Below, piece by piece: positions 27,626 through 38,793 of a stretch of DNA of 64,000 nucleotides. The DNA is from Alphaproteobacteria bacterium UBA998. Its GTDB lineage: Bacteria; Pseudomonadota; Alphaproteobacteria; Rickettsiales; UBA998. The stretch covers positions 1,088-65,087 of the forward strand of contig DBAY01000026.1 in assembly GCA_002291925.1 (NCBI GenBank). The letters are read 5' to 3'. The translations under genes and the position numbers were made by a program. Under the pieces are notes generated by a model. It was not told where the DNA came from. It saw only the letters and a list, made by a program, of their open reading frames with translations, and did no database searches. Within the stretch, counting starts at the first letter, position 1. Every line of letters starts with the position of its first letter.

Positions 27626-29623
27626 TTACGCCACCCCGTCACCGCCCGACTTGATGTCGTCGATGAGGTCATGCCCCATGGCGCTGTGGCCGGGGGGGAT
27701 GGTGGCGTCGGTGACGTTCGCGCCGTTGGCTTTCTTGCGGCTGCTCGGCACACTCGCCACGCGGCGGGCGCGGGCGGTTTCCTTGGTCTCGGCGCGGATC
27801 GGCTCACCCTTTAGCAGGCGCTTGATCTCCTCGCCCGACAAGGTCTCGTACTCCAGCAGGCCCTTGGCGAGGGTGTGCAGCTCTTCCAGATGCTCCTTCA
27901 GCAGCTCGCGGGCGCGGTCATGCGCTTCCTGCACAATGCGCTTCACCTCGGCATCGATCAGTGCGGCGGTTTCATCCGATACCGGGCGCTCCTGCGTGTA
28001 ATTGCCGAGGAAGACTTCCTGCTGGTCGCTGCCGTAATTGAGCGGGCCGAGCTTGTCGCTCATGCCCCACTGGGTGACCATCGCGCGCGCCATTTTGGTG
28101 GCGTACTGGATGTCTGACGAGGCGCCCGAGGTGACCTTATCATAACCGAAAATCAGCTCTTCGGCGACGCGGCCGCCCATCGCCACGCAGAGATCGTCAT
28201 GCAGCTTCTCGCGGGTGACGGAAAGCTTGTCCGATTCGGGCAGGCGCATCACCATGCCAAGCGCACGGCCGCGCGGGATGATGGTCGCCTTGTGGATGGG
28301 GTCGCTGGAGGGGCAGTGCAGCGCAATCACCGCGTGGCCCGACTCGTGATATGCGGTGAGTTTCTTCTCCTCCTCGCTCATCACCATGGATTTGCGCTCG
28401 ACGCCCATCATCACCTTGTCCTTGGCCTCTTCCAGCTCCTTCATGGTCACCACGCGCTTGTCGCGGCGGGCGGCGAGCAGGGCAGCCTCGTTGACGAGGT
28501 TGGCGAGGTCGGCGCCGGAGAAGCCCGGCGTGCCGCGCGCGATGATGCGCGCTTCCACGTCCGGCGCGACGGGGATGTTGCGCAGGTGCACGGAGAGAAT
28601 CTTCTCGCGGCCATCCACATCCGGGTTCGGCACCACGATCTGGCGGTCGAAGCGGCCGGGGCGCAGCAGCGCGGGGTCGAGTACGTCCGGGCGGTTGGTC
28701 GCGGCGATCAGGATGACGCCCTCGTTCGCCTCAAACCCGTCCATTTCGACGAGCAGCTGGTTCAGCGTCTGCTCGCGCTCGTCATTGCCGCCCCCTAAGC
28801 CTGCGCCGCGATGGCGGCCCACCGCGTCGATCTCGTCGATGAAGATGATGCAGGGCGCGTTCTTCTTGCCCTGCTCGAACATGTCACGCACACGGCTGGC
28901 ACCGACGCCCACGAACATCTCCACGAAGTCGGATCCGGAGATGGTGAAGAATGGCACGCCCGCCTCCCCCGCGATGGCGCGGGCGAGCAGCGTTTTCCCG
29001 GTGCCCGGCGGGCCGACGAGCAGGCAGCCTTTGGGAATCTTGCCGCCGAGTTTCTGGAATTTCTGCGGATCGCGCAGGAATTCGACGATTTCCTGCAATT
29101 CTTCCTTGGCTTCATCAATGCCTGCCACGTCCTTGAAGGTCTTGCGCTCGGTCTTCTCGGTGAGCATGCGCGCCCGCGATTTGCCGAAGCCCATCGCGCC
29201 GCCGCGCCCGCCGCCGGACTGCATCTGCTTCATGAAGTAGAAATAGACGCCAATCAGCACGAGGAACGGCAGCCAGCCAAGGAACGTGGCCCAAAAGGCG
29301 TTCATGCCCTCGCTTTGCGGCACCACGCTGATTTTCACATTATTCTTCTCCAGCAGCGGCACCAGCTCGCTGTCGCGCAGCGCCGTGGTGGCGAACCGGG
29401 TCTCATCCGTACGGCGGCCTGAGATGGTGATGCCCTTCTCCGGGCTGTCCTCGATCTGCACCGTCTGCACCTGCCCGCCGCGCACTTCCTGCAGGAAGTC
29501 GGAATAATCGATGCGCTGGTGCGTGGCGGGGCCCATGCCGCCCGGCTCGAAAATCTTGTAGAGCACCATGGCAACGACGAAAATACCGGCCCAAAGCAGG
29601 AGATTGCGGGACATGTTGGACAT
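27626..29623 (-). CDS. ftsH: ATP-dependent zinc metalloprotease FtsH
   Basis: Two TM segments, Walker A GPPGTGKT, Walker B IIFIDEID, the SRH region, and the zinc site HESGHAV. Confidence 0.95.
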   Translation of the reverse strand: MSNMSRNLLLWAGIFVVAMVLYKIFEPGGMGPATHQRIDYSDFLQEVRGGQVQTVQIEDSPEKGITISGRRTDETRFATTALRDSELVPLLEKNNVKISVVPQSEGMNAFWATFLGWLPFLVLIGVYFYFMKQMQSGGGRGGAMGFGKSRARMLTEKTERKTFKDVAGIDEAKEELQEIVEFLRDPQKFQKLGGKIPKGCLLVGPPGTGKTLLARAIAGEAGVPFFTISGSDFVEMFVGVGASRVRDMFEQGKKNAPCIIFIDEIDAVGRHRGAGLGGGNDEREQTLNQLLVEMDGFEANEGVILIAATNRPDVLDPALLRPGRFDRQIVVPNPDVDGREKILSVHLRNIPVAPDVEARIIARGTPGFSGADLANLVNEAALLAARRDKRVVTMKELEEAKDKVMMGVERKSMVMSEEEKKLTAYHESGHAVIALHCPSSDPIHKATIIPRGRALGMVMRLPESDKLSVTREKLHDDLCVAMGGRVAEELIFGYDKVTSGASSDIQYATKMARAMVTQWGMSDKLGPLNYGSDQQEVFLGNYTQERPVSDETAALIDAEVKRIVQEAHDRARELLKEHLEELHTLAKGLLEYETLSGEEIKRLLKGEPIRAETKETARARRVASVPSSRKKANGANVTDATIPPGHSAMGHDLIDDIKSGGDGVA

Positions 29624-29669
29624 AGGCGAGTCAGATTCCTTTTTTCAATTCATACAGGGCCGGGCGGGC

Positions 29670-30935
29670 TTAGCAAAGGGCTTTCCGGGGCGCGAAACGC
29701 ACGGAAACGCCTGTATCGGCGAAAGAAGCGCCATAGCCGATATGGGGCACCGCCACACAGCGTTCAAGCTGCCATACAGATGGCAAGCGGTGTAAAAGCG
29801 CGGCAGGAAATTCTTTTGGCACACAAAAGCCTTCGGTGCACAGCTGTTTCAACCCCTCGGCGCCCAGAGCGCGCAGGAGATAGCCCTCCGGCCCCTGCGC
29901 CTCGTAGCGCGCATCCCAGCGCTGCGTAGCGGGGCACAAGGCGAGCGGGGCAGCCTCCAACTCACGCAGCACGTAGCAGCGCCCACTGGCCGCATGTGGA
30001 ATCACGCGGCAGCCATGCAGGGTGGTACCGCGGAAATCGGCCAGCCGCATGGCTTCCGCCAGACGCGCAACTTCCTCGAAACGCGGCATGGCATCACGGC
30101 CGCGCACGCTGGCGAGCATGGCACGCAGGGCACGCTCGGCAATCTCCGGCGCCGCCGCTCGCCAGGCGGTGGTTTCCATCCAGCCATAGCCGGCCTCGCT
30201 CAGCCCGCCATGCATGGCCAGAAACCGCGCGGTTTGCTGGCGGACGTACGCAGCGGTGCGGCCCAGGCGCTGGGTGGTGGCTTCCAGCCGCTCCGGGATC
30301 AGGCCTTCGGCTTCCAGTAGGGGCATGATGCGCCGCAGACGGTTGCGCTGGTAGGCCTCGCTGGCATTGCTGAGGTCTGTTATCCACGCATGGCCGGCTT
30401 GCGTGAGAAAATCGACCAGTTCCGCCTTGGACAGGCCGAGCAGCGGACGCAGTAGCCGTACCTCGCGCCGGTAGGCGAGCGCGGACATGCCGGAAAGCCC
30501 CTCGACGCCGCTGCCACGCGCTAGACGTTGCCAGAAGGTTTCCTGCTGATCGTCGCGATGATGGCCGAGCAGGAGGTGCAGCACCCCCTGCTCCCGGCAC
30601 CAGCCGGTGAGGGCACCGTAACGCGCCGTGCGGGCCTGCGCCTGCCGGTTGCCCGGCGCGACCTCGACGCGCAACCCCTCCGCCGGAAGCAGCAGGGCGT
30701 GCAGCCACGCGAGGGTCTGGCGCATCTCGTCAGCGGATTCCGGACGCAGTCCATGGTCAATCACCAGCGCGGTAATACGGCCCTGCCGCGCCTGCGCCCA
30801 GTGCGCCGCCAGCAGCGCCAGCGCGCGGCTGTCCGGACCGCCGGAGACGGCCACTGCCAGATGTGGCTGCGGCTCGAACGGGCCCAGCGTCTGCATGGCC
30901 TCGGCAAAGCGTGAATGAAGCGATGCGTGGTTCAT
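29670..30935 (-). CDS. tilS: tRNA(Ile)-lysidine synthetase
   Basis: PP-loop VAVSGGPDS. ATG 30935 is preferred over GTG 30959. Confidence 0.85.
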   Translation of the reverse strand: MNHASLHSRFAEAMQTLGPFEPQPHLAVAVSGGPDSRALALLAAHWAQARQGRITALVIDHGLRPESADEMRQTLAWLHALLLPAEGLRVEVAPGNRQAQARTARYGALTGWCREQGVLHLLLGHHRDDQQETFWQRLARGSGVEGLSGMSALAYRREVRLLRPLLGLSKAELVDFLTQAGHAWITDLSNASEAYQRNRLRRIMPLLEAEGLIPERLEATTQRLGRTAAYVRQQTARFLAMHGGLSEAGYGWMETTAWRAAAPEIAERALRAMLASVRGRDAMPRFEEVARLAEAMRLADFRGTTLHGCRVIPHAASGRCYVLRELEAAPLALCPATQRWDARYEAQGPEGYLLRALGAEGLKQLCTEGFCVPKEFPAALLHRLPSVWQLERCVAVPHIGYGASFADTGVSVRFAPRKALC

Positions 30936-30983
30936 GCGCCAACTATAGCGCCCCGGCACGCGCGGGTCATGAGAAACGCAAGA

Positions 30984-31901
30984 TCAGGGCTGGCAGCTCA
31001 GGTTTTCCGACTCGCGGGCGGCGCGGCCCAGCACGGTATCCGGACCAGCCTTGTACTTGATCTGAATCTGCTGCAGCACCACGCAGGCCTCACGCTTCTT
31101 ATTAAGCTTGGCAAGCGACATGGCGAGTTTCAGAAGATTATCCGGCGCTTTCACACCTTCCGGCATCGTCTCGAAGCCCTGGCGGAACTGGTCGGCGGCC
31201 TGCAGGTAATCCTCGCGCACATAGAAGGTCTCGCCCAACCAGTAATAGGCATTGCCCAGCAGCTTATCCTGCGGGTATTTCGAGATGAATTGCTTGAACG
31301 CCGTGGCGGCCTCGGCGTACTGCGCCTTGTTCATCAGGCCGATGGCGTGGTTGTAGAGGTCCTTCGCGCCTTGCGGGGTCGCGGTGCCGGGCTCAGTGGT
31401 GGGCGTCACGGGCACACCGGGTGTGGGGGCCATGGTAACGGCAGGCGGGGTAGCGGGCGTCGCCTTCGTCGCCGGGGCGGTACCGGGAGTGGCTGGGGCA
31501 GGAACAGCACCCGGCTCCTGCGTGACCGCCAGCCCCAGTCCGATCTTCTGCTCAATCTGGGTAAGGCGATATTCCATGTCCTCTTGCAGGAGTTGGAGTT
31601 GGCGCGCCGTCTGCTCGCTCTGGTAACGATTTTCTTCCACCTGCCCGCGCAACTGGCGCAGTTGCTCCTCCAGCGCAGTGATGCGCACCAGCAGGTTGGC
31701 CGTCGCCGTGCCGCCCCCGGCGCCCTCCGCCGCGGCGATGGGCTGGCCGCTGCCACCCCGGTACATCTGGCGCTGCATGCTCTGCATGTCGCGCTCCAGA
31801 CGGTCCAGACGCTCAGTCGCACTCTGCGCGACCGCGGGCGCGGCGCACAGCAGCCAGGCGGCCGACGTGGCGCAGAGCAGAAGGCGAGGCAGGGATGACA
31901 T
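30984..31901 (-). CDS. cpoB: Tol-Pal system protein CpoB/YbgF
   Basis: Signal peptide, a coiled-coil region, and C-terminal TPR (YNHAIGLMNKAQYAEAATAFKQFISKYPQDKLLGNAYYWLGETFY). ATG 31901 has a GGAG box 6 nt upstream. Confidence 0.85.
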   Translation of the reverse strand: MSSLPRLLLCATSAAWLLCAAPAVAQSATERLDRLERDMQSMQRQMYRGGSGQPIAAAEGAGGGTATANLLVRITALEEQLRQLRGQVEENRYQSEQTARQLQLLQEDMEYRLTQIEQKIGLGLAVTQEPGAVPAPATPGTAPATKATPATPPAVTMAPTPGVPVTPTTEPGTATPQGAKDLYNHAIGLMNKAQYAEAATAFKQFISKYPQDKLLGNAYYWLGETFYVREDYLQAADQFRQGFETMPEGVKAPDNLLKLAMSLAKLNKKREACVVLQQIQIKYKAGPDTVLGRAARESENLSCQP

Positions 31902-32024
31902 GGGCAACTCCAGTAAGATTCGGCGCGATTATATCGGCTTTACGGCCCGACACAACCTGCCTTCCCAAAAAGAAACCGCCGGGGAATGCCCCGGCGGTTT
32001 CCGTAACTTCAAGCGTTTCGCCGA

Positions 32025-32506
32025 TTAGCGGGCGAGAACGGTAACCGCGCGGCGGTTCTGGCTCCAGGCCGCTTCGTTGGCACCCATGGCAGCCGGGCGC
32101 TCTTTGCCGTAGCTGATGGTGGTGATGCGTGCCGGGGAGACGCCGAGGGAGACCAGATAGTCTTTCGCAGCGTTGGCACGGCGCTCGCCGAGGGCCAAGT
32201 TGTACTCGCGGGTGCCGCGCTCGTCGCAGTGACCTTCAACAACAACATTCACGCCGCTGTTGCTCTTCAGCCAGGCAGCCTGGCTTTCCAGCGTGGCTTG
32301 AGCCTGGGAGTCGATCACCGAGCTGTCGAGCGCGAAGAAGACGCGGTCAGATACGCCCGGAGCGAGTTGCTGCAGACTGTCGCTGCCCGATCCGTATTCG
32401 CCCGCCGCACCGCCGCCAGCCGCACCGGAGTTATCGCCGGGGGTTTCGCACGCAGCGAGGAACAGGAAGGAAGAGAGCACGAGGCCCAGTTTGAAGGTGT
32501 TGTTCA
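32025..32506 (-). CDS. pal: peptidoglycan-associated lipoprotein
   Basis: Lipobox FLAA|C and an OmpA-like domain (VVVEGHCDERGTREYNLALGERRA). ATG 32506 is preceded by GGAGAA. Confidence 0.92.
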
Positions 32507-32620
32507 TTTTATTCTCCATGAGTGGTGTTCGGTGGCCCTGTTATTATGCATCGGCGGGTTAATTCTCAACAAGCGCAGAGCATTTTCTTAGGCTCCCTCC
32601 CTGTTTGCCTGCCAACCGTG

Positions 32621-33940
32621 TCATAAAGGCAACAGCGGCGACCAGGCCGGATCGCTGGCATCCAGCGGAGTGACCACTTGGCGCATATTTCTTCCTGTAA
32701 CATCAATGGAATAGAGGCGCGTCGAGCCACCAGGGCTGGTCTGCTGGGTGAACATCAGCACGCGGCCATTGGGGGCCCAGGTCGGGCCTTCCGCCAGCCA
32801 GCTCTCATGAATCATGCGCTCGCCGGAGCCGTCGGCCCGCATGATGCCGATGAAGAAGCGGCCCGCCGCCATTTTCGTGAAGGCGATGTAGTCCCCACGC
32901 GGCGACCAGACAGGGTCACCGTAGCGGCCATCGCCAAAGCTCAGGCGCTTCACGCCGCTGCCATCGGCGTTCATCAGATAAAGCTGCTGGGAGCCACCAC
33001 GGTCGGAGTTGAAGACGATCTGACGGCCATCCGGCGAGTAAGATGGCGACGTGTCAATGGCCGGGCTGTCGGTCAGTTTGCGCAGCTGGCGCGAGCGAAG
33101 GTCCATCACAAAGATATCCGTGTTGCCGCCCTTGGCAATGGACATGGCGAGCTGGTCGCCATTGTGGTTGAAGCGCGGCGCGAAGGACATGCCCTGGAAG
33201 GTACCGAGCGATTCCTCGCGGCCTGTCTGCAGGTCACGCAGATACACGCGCGGCACCTTGCCGGCATAGGAGAGATAGACGATTTCCTGTGTGTCCGGCG
33301 CGAAGCGCGGCGTCAGCACGAGGTAATTGCCAGCGGTGAGGAATTTGTGGTTCTCACCATCCTGATCCATGATGGCGAGGCGCTTGACGCGCTTGTTTTT
33401 CGGGCCGGTTTCCGACACATAGACGATGCGCGTGTCGAAATAACCGTCCTCGCCGGTGATGCGCTTATAGATTTCATCCGCGATGAGGTGCGCGATGCGC
33501 CGCCAGTTGCGGTTGAACGTATCGTACTGCTTGCCCGCCACCTGCTGCTCCCCGTAGATGTCCCACAGGCGGAAGCTGACTTTCACTTTCCCTGGCCCGG
33601 TCGGCACGACGCTGCCGATCACCAGGCCTGCCGCGTTGATCTGGCGCCAGTCGGGGAAGCGCGGGATGTTGGTGGCGAAGGTGACCTGCTCGATGAAGGC
33701 ATTATGCGGAATCGGGCGGAACAGGCCGGAGCGCTCGAGGTCCGCCGCGATGACGCGCGCCATGTCGCGACCAATCTGCGCCGCTTCGCCGCTGTTGGAC
33801 GTGAAGTCCGCCACCGCGATGGGCAATGGCTCGAAGCCTCCCTGCGTGATATCCAGCCGCAATTGTGCATGGGCGCTGGAAGCCGAGAAGGCCACCGCCA
33901 GGACGATAAACGTACGACGAAGCGAGGAGAGGAATTTCAT
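32621..33940 (-). CDS. tolB: Tol-Pal system beta-propeller protein TolB
   Basis: Signal peptide MKFLSSLRRTFIVLAVAFSASSAHA and repeated propeller blades (SPSYSPDGRQIVF, DPVWSPRGDYIAF). Start trimmed to ATG 33940. Confidence 0.92.
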   Translation of the reverse strand: MKFLSSLRRTFIVLAVAFSASSAHAQLRLDITQGGFEPLPIAVADFTSNSGEAAQIGRDMARVIAADLERSGLFRPIPHNAFIEQVTFATNIPRFPDWRQINAAGLVIGSVVPTGPGKVKVSFRLWDIYGEQQVAGKQYDTFNRNWRRIAHLIADEIYKRITGEDGYFDTRIVYVSETGPKNKRVKRLAIMDQDGENHKFLTAGNYLVLTPRFAPDTQEIVYLSYAGKVPRVYLRDLQTGREESLGTFQGMSFAPRFNHNGDQLAMSIAKGGNTDIFVMDLRSRQLRKLTDSPAIDTSPSYSPDGRQIVFNSDRGGSQQLYLMNADGSGVKRLSFGDGRYGDPVWSPRGDYIAFTKMAAGRFFIGIMRADGSGERMIHESWLAEGPTWAPNGRVLMFTQQTSPGGSTRLYSIDVTGRNMRQVVTPLDASDPAWSPLLPL

Positions 33941-34078
33941 AATGCGTCTCAAAAGGGTTGGGTCGTTCAGAAGGTAATACTTTTGGCGTTGATGCGGGTC
34001 AAATGTCAACCCATACGTTGTGCACAGCTGCGATGATGGCGTCTCTTCGTACAGCGGGGAGGCCCCGCTTACCACGTG

Positions 34079-34286
34079 CGGGGTGACATCTCTTTAACTT
34101 CCGTCATTCCGGGACGCGAAGCGGGCCCGGAATCTCTGAGCGTTACGAAGGAGATCCTGCGCAGCCTACGGCTCGCAGGATGACGGCTGCAACTTTGTTA
34201 GTCTAGGACAGGATATCCGAGTCAGCCATGAGCCCGCGAAGCGGCGCTTACTTACGGAGGCCAGCAGGCCGTAGCGGGGGCATCAA
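34079..34286 (-). repeat. composite dispersed repeat, copy B (inverted relative to copy A)
   Basis: Its reverse complement aligns with 24132-24376. It occupies most of the tolA-tolB spacer. Confidence 0.8.
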
Positions 34287-34304
34287 ACAAACCAGCAGGG
34301 GTAA

Positions 34305-35150
34305 CTAATAAAGAAAACTCGGGTCGAACGTCAGTTCCATTTCGCCCCAGCCGGCGTGCTTGGAGGGGTCGAGGTTCTTCAGCGGCGCGCAGCGGGCGAC
34401 GGCGCGTAGTGCGGAATCAGCGGCGGCGCGGAAGTTGGGCTGGATCATCATGCTGGACTGGCCGGACGCGAGCGTCGGCTGCCCGACCAGTGAGCCATCC
34501 GGGTTGAAATAGGCCTTCACGACAACCTTCAGCGTGTAGTCGTTCTTCACACCTGCCGGCGGGTTCCAGCAGCGCACGAATTGCTGGATGATGGCGTCGC
34601 GCTCGCTCATGGAGGGGGCCATGCTGGGGTCATATTTGAAGCCCTTCATGGTGGTGCCCGCCTCTTCCGGCTTGGCTTTCTCGTCCACGGCTTCCGATTG
34701 CTGGGCCTGCTGGCGGACATTCTTCAGAATCTCGTCCAGCGATTCCTTCTCGTTCTTCGGCTCCGGCGTTTTTTCCGCCTTGGGCTTTTGCTTCGGCTGC
34801 TCCTTCGGAGGCTCCGGCTTTTTCTCTTCTTTTTTCTCCGCTTCCTTCACCGGGGTCGGCTTAGGCAGCGGCACGGATTCTTTCTTCGGTTCGGACGGCT
34901 TCGGCGGCGCGGATTTTTGGGGCGTGGCTTTCGGCGTCGGCTTGGGCGGGGCTTCCTTTTTTGCCAGCGGCAGCGTGGAGGGCTTCACGTTCGAAACGGC
35001 GCTCACCGGCAGAATCTCGACGCTGATCGCCACCGGCTCCGGTTCCTCGCGATCGAACCAGCTCGGCAGCCCCGCAATGGCGATCAGCAGGATCGCCAAA
35101 TGCATGCCTACCGAGTAGAAGATACTGCGCTGATCGAGGTCCGTTTTCAT
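34305..35150 (-). CDS. tolA: cell-envelope integrity protein TolA
   Basis: N-terminal TM anchor, a Lys/Pro/Glu-rich linker (KPEPPKEQPKQKPKAEK), and a TonB/TolA-type C-terminal domain. It sits in the tolQR-tolB context. Confidence 0.85.
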   Translation of the reverse strand: MKTDLDQRSIFYSVGMHLAILLIAIAGLPSWFDREEPEPVAISVEILPVSAVSNVKPSTLPLAKKEAPPKPTPKATPQKSAPPKPSEPKKESVPLPKPTPVKEAEKKEEKKPEPPKEQPKQKPKAEKTPEPKNEKESLDEILKNVRQQAQQSEAVDEKAKPEEAGTTMKGFKYDPSMAPSMSERDAIIQQFVRCWNPPAGVKNDYTLKVVVKAYFNPDGSLVGQPTLASGQSSMMIQPNFRAAADSALRAVARCAPLKNLDPSKHAGWGEMELTFDPSFLY

Positions 35151-35170
35151 GGCCGCGTGCGCCTGCTCCC

Positions 35171-35629
35171 TTACCGCTTCGCCGGCACTTCGCCGACCGT
35201 CTCGGACACCAGCGCGACCTTGGTCAGGCCCGCCGCGTTGATCTCACCGATCACCTGCATCACCTTGCCGTAATCCACGACCTTGTCGCCGCGCACGAAC
35301 ACGCGCATGTCCTTGTTCTCCTGCGCCACGGCCTGCAGGCGGCCTTTCAGCTTGTCGAACGCGATTCTTTCCTTCTGGACATAGATATCACCCTTCGGGT
35401 CGATGCTGATGGCCAGCACCTCTTCCTTGCCTGGCAGCGGCTTGGCATTCGTTTCAGGCAGATCGACCGTGACGCCCGCGGTTAGCATGGGTGCCGCCAC
35501 CATGAAGATGATGAGCAGCACCAGCATCACATCCACCATCGGCGTCACGTTGATGTCGTTGAAAGCCCCTCTTCCGCCCCCGCGGCGGCTGCGGCGTCCA
35601 CCGCCGCCTGATCCGACACTCGCACCCAT
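35171..35629 (-). CDS. tolR: Tol-Pal system protein TolR (ExbD/TolR family)
   Basis: INVTPMVDVMLVLLIIFMV is the TM motif of the ExbD/TolR family. Confidence 0.9.
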   Translation of the reverse strand: MGASVGSGGGGRRSRRGGGRGAFNDINVTPMVDVMLVLLIIFMVAAPMLTAGVTVDLPETNAKPLPGKEEVLAISIDPKGDIYVQKERIAFDKLKGRLQAVAQENKDMRVFVRGDKVVDYGKVMQVIGEINAAGLTKVALVSETVGEVPAKR

Positions 35630-35720
35630 ATCGTTCCCCTGTTACCGGATGAGACGAACGCACACCCAAAATCCTTTGCGCTTACCAGTCACCGGTCGCG
35701 TCCGGCCCGCCCGTATCCTT

Positions 35721-36479
35721 TCAGGCGGCGGCGGAGAGTTCGGTCTGGCGCGACAGCAGCGCCTCGAACTCCACGCTGAAATCCTCCAGGCGGCCGGCCA
35801 GCTTGTTCAGCTCGCCGTTGAACTTGTTATACGCGATCACCGCCGGGATGGCTGCGAACAGGCCGATAGCGGTGGCAAGCAGCGCTTCTGCAATACCGGG
35901 CGCCACAACGGCGAGCGAGGTATTCTTCGACACCGCAATGCTCTGGAAGCTGTTCATGATACCCCACACCGTGCCGAACAGGCCGATGAACGGCGCGGAG
36001 GAGCCGACCGTGGCAAGGAAGCCGAGGCCTTTTTCCAGCTCGTCCAGCTCACGGTTACGCGCCACGCCCATGATTTGCGTCATGCGCTCTTTCATGCCCG
36101 CGCCGGAGAGACGGGCACGGCCAGTGCCTTTGGAGGAGCGGAACCATTCCTCCATCGCTGCCATGAACACGATGGCGTAGGGGTGATTGGCGCGGCGCTT
36201 CACTTTTTCGTAGAAGCCATCCAGCGCGTCCGCCGACCAGAAATCGCTCTCGAACTTCGCCGAGCGCTGCTTGATGTTCTTGAAGCGCATCGTCTTGTCG
36301 AAGATAATGGCCCATGTCCAGATGGACGCCATGATGAGCGACAGCATGACGGCCTTCACCATCAGGTCCGCCTGGAGGAACATGCCCCACGCAGACATGT
36401 CCGTCTGGGCGACATTGCCTGCGATTTCCGTGGCACCGACCGCGTCCACCGCGGTGCTTACATTCGTACTGTCCGTCAT
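35721..36479 (-). CDS. tolQ: Tol-Pal system protein TolQ (MotA/TolQ/ExbB family)
   Basis: Three TM segments with the conserved APFIGLFGTVWGIM and GIAEALLATAIGLFAAIPA blocks. Confidence 0.92.
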   Translation of the reverse strand: MTDSTNVSTAVDAVGATEIAGNVAQTDMSAWGMFLQADLMVKAVMLSLIMASIWTWAIIFDKTMRFKNIKQRSAKFESDFWSADALDGFYEKVKRRANHPYAIVFMAAMEEWFRSSKGTGRARLSGAGMKERMTQIMGVARNRELDELEKGLGFLATVGSSAPFIGLFGTVWGIMNSFQSIAVSKNTSLAVVAPGIAEALLATAIGLFAAIPAVIAYNKFNGELNKLAGRLEDFSVEFEALLSRQTELSAAA

Positions 36480-36946
36480 GGGACGTCCTCCCCTTGATCC
36501 AATGGCCTGACATGGCTGGTGATTTTGCTCATGATCGCGTCCGGCAGCGGCAGGGGCCGCAAGCTTACCGCATCGACCGTGACGATTTCGACCTCAAGGC
36601 GCGCAATCTCACGCTCAGCGCGGCTCAGGCGCTGGGTCATACTCATACGGGCTTTCCTTGTGCGATGCAACGACGTTTCCACGGTCAACACATCATCGAG
36701 ATGCGCCGGGGCGAGGTAGTCGACGGTGATGCGGCGCACGAGGAACAGAAAGCCCCCCTCCCCCGCCAGCTCGCGCTGCTGCAACCCGCAGGCGCGCAGG
36801 GCTTCGGTACGCGCCCGCTCCGCAAAACGCAGGTGGTTGGCATGGTACATCACCCCGCCCGCGTCCGTGTCCTCGTAGTAAACCCGAAAGGCGATATGGT
36901 GAGAGCCGTTATGGAAATGGCCGGAATTGGGCTGCGCACGCGTCAT
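36476..36946 (-). CDS. ybgC: tol-pal-associated acyl-CoA thioesterase (YbgC/FadM, 4HBT fold)
   Basis: RVYYEDTDAGGVMYHANHLRFAERART. A 4-nt overlap joins it to tolQ. Confidence 0.85.
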   Translation of the reverse strand: MTRAQPNSGHFHNGSHHIAFRVYYEDTDAGGVMYHANHLRFAERARTEALRACGLQQRELAGEGGFLFLVRRITVDYLAPAHLDDVLTVETSLHRTRKARMSMTQRLSRAEREIARLEVEIVTVDAVSLRPLPLPDAIMSKITSHVRPLDQGEDVP

Positions 36947-37080
36947 TACTTGGCGTTAGCAGGGCGGGGTTAAGAAAAGGCTAAGGCCTACGAGAAAACA
37001 GGGTCCAAACCCTCAGCTTGGAAACCTTCACATTTCTGTCATCAAGCCATGGGATAATCAAAGCCACCAAGGAGAGCCCC

Positions 37081-37638
37081 ATGACGCACCACCCACACCC
37101 CACTGCCGCAGCCATCGATATGAGAGCATGGCAGACACTCATGACTCCATCTGACGCACAACGGGTGATTGATGAGGTGGATGAAAAAACTTTGGAACGA
37201 CTTTCTTGCCATGAGTCAGCCATGCCTATCGTTAAGGCCATTGCTGACCTGTCCAATGCGGCCATTGTGGCGTATATACCCGATGAGGCAGGCAAGAAGA
37301 AGTTCATGGACGCCATTATGATGGCGGAAAAAAAAGCTGTGGAACGTTATAACCTCTGTAGCACGCCGTTTGAAATCTTGCCGGGTCTGATACTCAATCC
37401 GCTTCCGGAGAATTGGGGAGAACGGCTTGGTCAAGCACACAATATCATTGAGCATATCGGCTATCTCATGCATCGCGCCGAGGAGACTCTTAGCCGCGAA
37501 GAGCCTGATTTGCTTGCCGATCTCGACCGGCTGAAACTTTCGCTGGATACAATATTGAAGCCCCGCAGCCGCGTGGGAGCGGCATCGCATGAAGGGCAGG
37601 CATGCGCCAGCCAGCAAGCGGGACGCTCAACACCCTAA
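37081..37638 (+). CDS. hypothetical protein (185 aa)
   Basis: An AAGGAGAG box lies 4 nt upstream of ATG 37081. The gene is AT-richer than its flanks and has no recognisable motif. It converges on ruvB, with 3 nt between the two stop codons. Confidence 0.45.
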   Translation: MTHHPHPTAAAIDMRAWQTLMTPSDAQRVIDEVDEKTLERLSCHESAMPIVKAIADLSNAAIVAYIPDEAGKKKFMDAIMMAEKKAVERYNLCSTPFEILPGLILNPLPENWGERLGQAHNIIEHIGYLMHRAEETLSREEPDLLADLDRLKLSLDTILKPRSRVGAASHEGQACASQQAGRSTP

Positions 37639-37641
37639 GCC

Positions 37642-38694
37642 CTAGCGCCCATCATCATCCGGGTTCTCAAACAGCGCCGCCTGTAACAGGTCAGGCCGTT
37701 TCGGGGCGGCAAGGCCGAGATGCTTGTAAGCCGTCTCGGTGAGCACGCGGCCGCGCGGGGTGCGGGCGAGGAAGCCTTTTTGCAGCAGGTAGGGCTCGAT
37801 GGTTTCCTCCAGCGAATCGCGCTGCTCGGAGAGACCCGCGGCAATGGTTTCGATGCCCACCGGGCCACCCGCATAATGCTCGGCGATGAAGCTGAGGTAG
37901 CGGCGGTCGGCGGAATCCAGCCCCAGCGCATCCACTTCCAGACGTTTCAGTGAGTCATCTGCCAGCTTGCGGTCGATTTTTCCCTTCTCGGCGGCTTGCG
38001 CGAAGTCGCGCACGCGGCGCAGCAGGCGCACGGCGATACGCGGCGTGCCGCGCGAGCGGCGAGCGATCTCCTCGCTGCCCTGCCGGTCAAGTTCGATATT
38101 GAGGATGCCCGAGGCGCGGGTGAGCACTTTCTCCAACTCCTCCGGCGAGTAGAACTGCAGCCGCAGCGGGATGCCGAAGCGATCGCGCAGCGGGTTGGAG
38201 AGCAGGCCGAGCCGCGTCGTGGCGCCCACCAGCGTGAAAGGCGGCAGGTCGATGCGCACCGTGCGCGCGGCAGGCCCCTCGCCGATGATGAGATCGAGCT
38301 TGCCGTCCTCCATCGCGGGGTAGAGCACCTCCTCCACCGCGGCGTTCATGCGGTGAATCTCGTCGATGAACAGCACGTCGCGCGGCTGCAGGCCGGTGAG
38401 AATGGCCGCAAGATCGCCCGCCTTCATCAGCAGCGGGCCGGAGGTGGCGCGGAAGCCCACGCCCATCTCTGACGCCACGATCTGCGCCAGCGTTGTTTTT
38501 CCCAAACCGGGAGGGCCGTAGAACAGCACATGATCGAGTGCCTCGCCGCGCACCTTGGCGGCGGAGACGAAAATCTTAAGGTTTTCGATGGACTGCGTCT
38601 GCCCGGTGAATTCGGCAAAAGCCTGTGGGCGAAGCTTCAGTTCCTGCCCGTCCTCAGGCATTTTCTCGGCAGTGGTCAGTCGGGTGGCGGCCAT
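37642..38694 (-). CDS. ruvB: Holliday junction branch-migration helicase RuvB
   Basis: [12 protein letters not shown], Walker [10 protein letters not shown], Walker B LFIDEIHR, and the sensor/arginine-finger regions. Start trimmed to ATG 38694. Confidence 0.95.
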   Translation of the reverse strand: MAATRLTTAEKMPEDGQELKLRPQAFAEFTGQTQSIENLKIFVSAAKVRGEALDHVLFYGPPGLGKTTLAQIVASEMGVGFRATSGPLLMKAGDLAAILTGLQPRDVLFIDEIHRMNAAVEEVLYPAMEDGKLDLIIGEGPAARTVRIDLPPFTLVGATTRLGLLSNPLRDRFGIPLRLQFYSPEELEKVLTRASGILNIELDRQGSEEIARRSRGTPRIAVRLLRRVRDFAQAAEKGKIDRKLADDSLKRLEVDALGLDSADRRYLSFIAEHYAGGPVGIETIAAGLSEQRDSLEETIEPYLLQKGFLARTPRGRVLTETAYKHLGLAAPKRPDLLQAALFENPDDDGR

Positions 38695-38712
38695 GCAGTT
38701 TCCTTTTGTTTC

Positions 38713-38782
38713 GTCCTCCTGAGCGCGAGCGAAGGATCTCATGGTGTGGCACAATATCCTTCGGCTACGCCTCAGAATAACG
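38713..38782. repeat. GTCAT-type hairpin flanking the 3' side of the GIY-YIG gene
   Basis: gtcctcctgagcgcgagcgaaggatctc ... gatatccttcggctacgcctcagaataac forms an imperfect inverted repeat. Confidence 0.7.
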
Positions 38783-38793
38783 TGATTACGTTA